Origin: Geosiphon pyriformis uo1
Taxonomy: Eukaryota > Fungi > Glomeromycota
Reading direction: 5' to 3'
NCBI GenBank assembly: GCA_016748015.1
Contig: JAAOMT010000135.1
Span: 62,001 to 126,000, forward strand
DNA length: 64,000 nucleotides
In this document: positions 62,343-64,000 of the stretch, in pieces
Position numbering within the stretch: position 1 is the first letter of the stretch
How the letters are laid out: each line of letters opens with the position of its first letter
Notes under the pieces: generated by a model
What the model was told of the DNA's origin: nothing
The model's database searches: none
Seen by the model: the letters and a program-made list of their open reading frames with translations, nothing else
Program-made: the position numbers and the translations under genes

Positions 62343-63664
62343 TTAGTATAAACATAAGTATTGAAGTGTATAAGTTGTTGTCTTTAACAATATTGAAATT
62401 GCAAACTATTATTTTGATGCTAAAATGTGTTTTCTCTTTTTGTTTGGTAATTTTGCATAGAGATAGCCAGACTATTATAAGTATATATACTTTAAAACTT
62501 AAGCTTTATGTATTTGATTTTTGGAACAAATATTGAATAAAGAGACATTATGTGGCAAATTTAATTAAGTCAAAAGACATTTTAGTAAAATGAATAAAAA
62601 TTAAAGACCATTCAGAAGATTTTAACAATAATTAAACAGATGTTTTTATATATAATACAATACAATTTTATTTGATTCTTTTTATTAGAATTAGTAAGAA
62701 GTTTATTATAGCTAATAATTTGATTATATTAAACAATACTTGTAATTTTGTTCATAATATTTATAAAACTGTTTATTATCCTTAATAAAAAACAGATTTT
62801 AACACAAAAATTATAAATAATTTATTTATTTAAAATATAAACTGGGCTTATACAGTTGTTGTTTGGTATCCAAATTTTCATATGTTTTTGGAATTTACCA
62901 ATAAAACTTTAACTGCTTTTTATATGTATTTAATAAAAACAGTTTATAAAAAGTTATCAGTTGTAATTAAAAAAAGGCTTTATAATAAAAATTATTCAAA
63001 TATTTTGTGCTTATTATGTAATAATGTTAAATTGTCTAATCATGTTTTTATATATTTGAAAAATGTTTCTGTTTGCTTTAGAATTTTGCTTAATCATATT
63101 AAACTGTAAAAATCTTTGATAAAAGTTTGTTTTTTGTTATCATTATTAGTTTTATATACTCTTTTTTTGGAAGTTTTGAATGTTAGCATCTATGTAATCT
63201 TATGCAAAAACTTTATTTTTAAGAAATAAATGAATAAAATAGTATTATTTTATAGTGTCTTAATAATAACTGATTTTGTTTGCTGGTTAGTTAAAAAACA
63301 TCATAATAAATTGTAAATATTTAAGTTAAAATTCAAAGTAAATATGAAGAAAAGTGGTTTAATTGGTAATATAAGGATATTACTTGATGTTTTAAGTAGT
63401 CTGTCTAGTTTTTTATTAACTGAAATTATTTATTTGCTGTTGGTTTTAAAATATATAAGGTTTGTTTGTTTTTTGCAAGTATGGATAATAATATTAAGAT
63501 TTATGTAACTGTATAATATTGTTTTAATTGGTCTAAATAGCTAATTATATATAATAAATATGTAAATTATATTTAATTAAATTTATTTGGTTTGTTTTTG
63601 TGTACTAGATAATAATTAAGCTGTATTTGTAAATAATAATAATAATAATAAAAATAAAATAAAA
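62343..63664 (+). mobile_element. Highly degenerate LINE ('LINE-2') ORF2 3' part: RNase H, C-terminal zinc finger, A-rich tail
   Basis: About 62590-62640 reads *IKIKDHSEDFNNN*TD (WxKVKGHSGxxGNxxAD-like). 62882-63109 contains CLLCNNVKLSNHVF (CCHC-like). A-rich tail at about 63631-63664. Confidence 0.7.
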
Positions 63665-64000
63665 TCTAGATTATTTTTGTTGTATATTATAAAATATTTT
63701 TTTAATTGTTATAATAAGTATAAATAATAATTTATACAATAAAAACAAAGTAAATTTTGACAATTTTATAAAAAATATTACTTTTATATTATAAATTAAA
63801 ATAATAAATAAATAAATAAAACAAGATTGTATAATAATAAAATTAATTAAAAAATAATTCAATTTTAAAAAGTAGATTAAATTGGTAAGAATTTAATATA
63901 TAAAATTTATTTCATATATTTTTTAATTATTATTATTTTTAAAGATAACAAAAAAATCTAAAGATAAAAAAATAGTCTGTATTATTAACAAAAAATAATA

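Noticed and set aside
63665-64000. Extremely AT-rich tail and ORF 63671-63862
   Set aside because: Low-complexity sequence with no recognisable motif; probably a decayed repeat that cannot be assigned.

Overview
This window is eukaryotic, AT-rich DNA made almost entirely of nested retrotransposons. I found no host gene, RNA gene or CRISPR array. The peptides resemble fungal, probably Glomeromycotina-type, repeats; that is from recollection and was not verified. There are seven copies of one Ty3/Gypsy family ('A', about 7.7 kb, LTR ends TGTTACGG...CCGTAACA, 4-bp TSDs) and one copy of a second family ('B', 33413-43168) that carries a dUTPase. There are also two degenerate LINE 3' fragments and two copies of a 2.4-kb poly(A) retroposon that encodes only an ORF1-like protein. 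TSDs and sequence that resumes across insertions resolve a six-deep nest: LINE-2 > A0 > LINE-1 > A3 > A5 > B. The main finding is the gene layout: gag / -1 frameshift at U_UUA_AAC / PR-RT-RNaseH, STOP / short non-coding spacer / integrase with its own ATG / a non-env accessory ORF that runs through the PPT into the 3' LTR. The separate integrase is clear in family A and suggested in B, the accessory ORF occurs in both, and the frameshift is seen only in A. Second, the ORF1-only (HAL1-like) element shares its 3' tail with an ORF2-bearing LINE in the same window. All copies show heavy C>T/G>A decay, including non-CpG sites. Three N gaps (9698-9828, 19237-20096, 34989-35753) limit what can be read. 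All alignments were done by eye.
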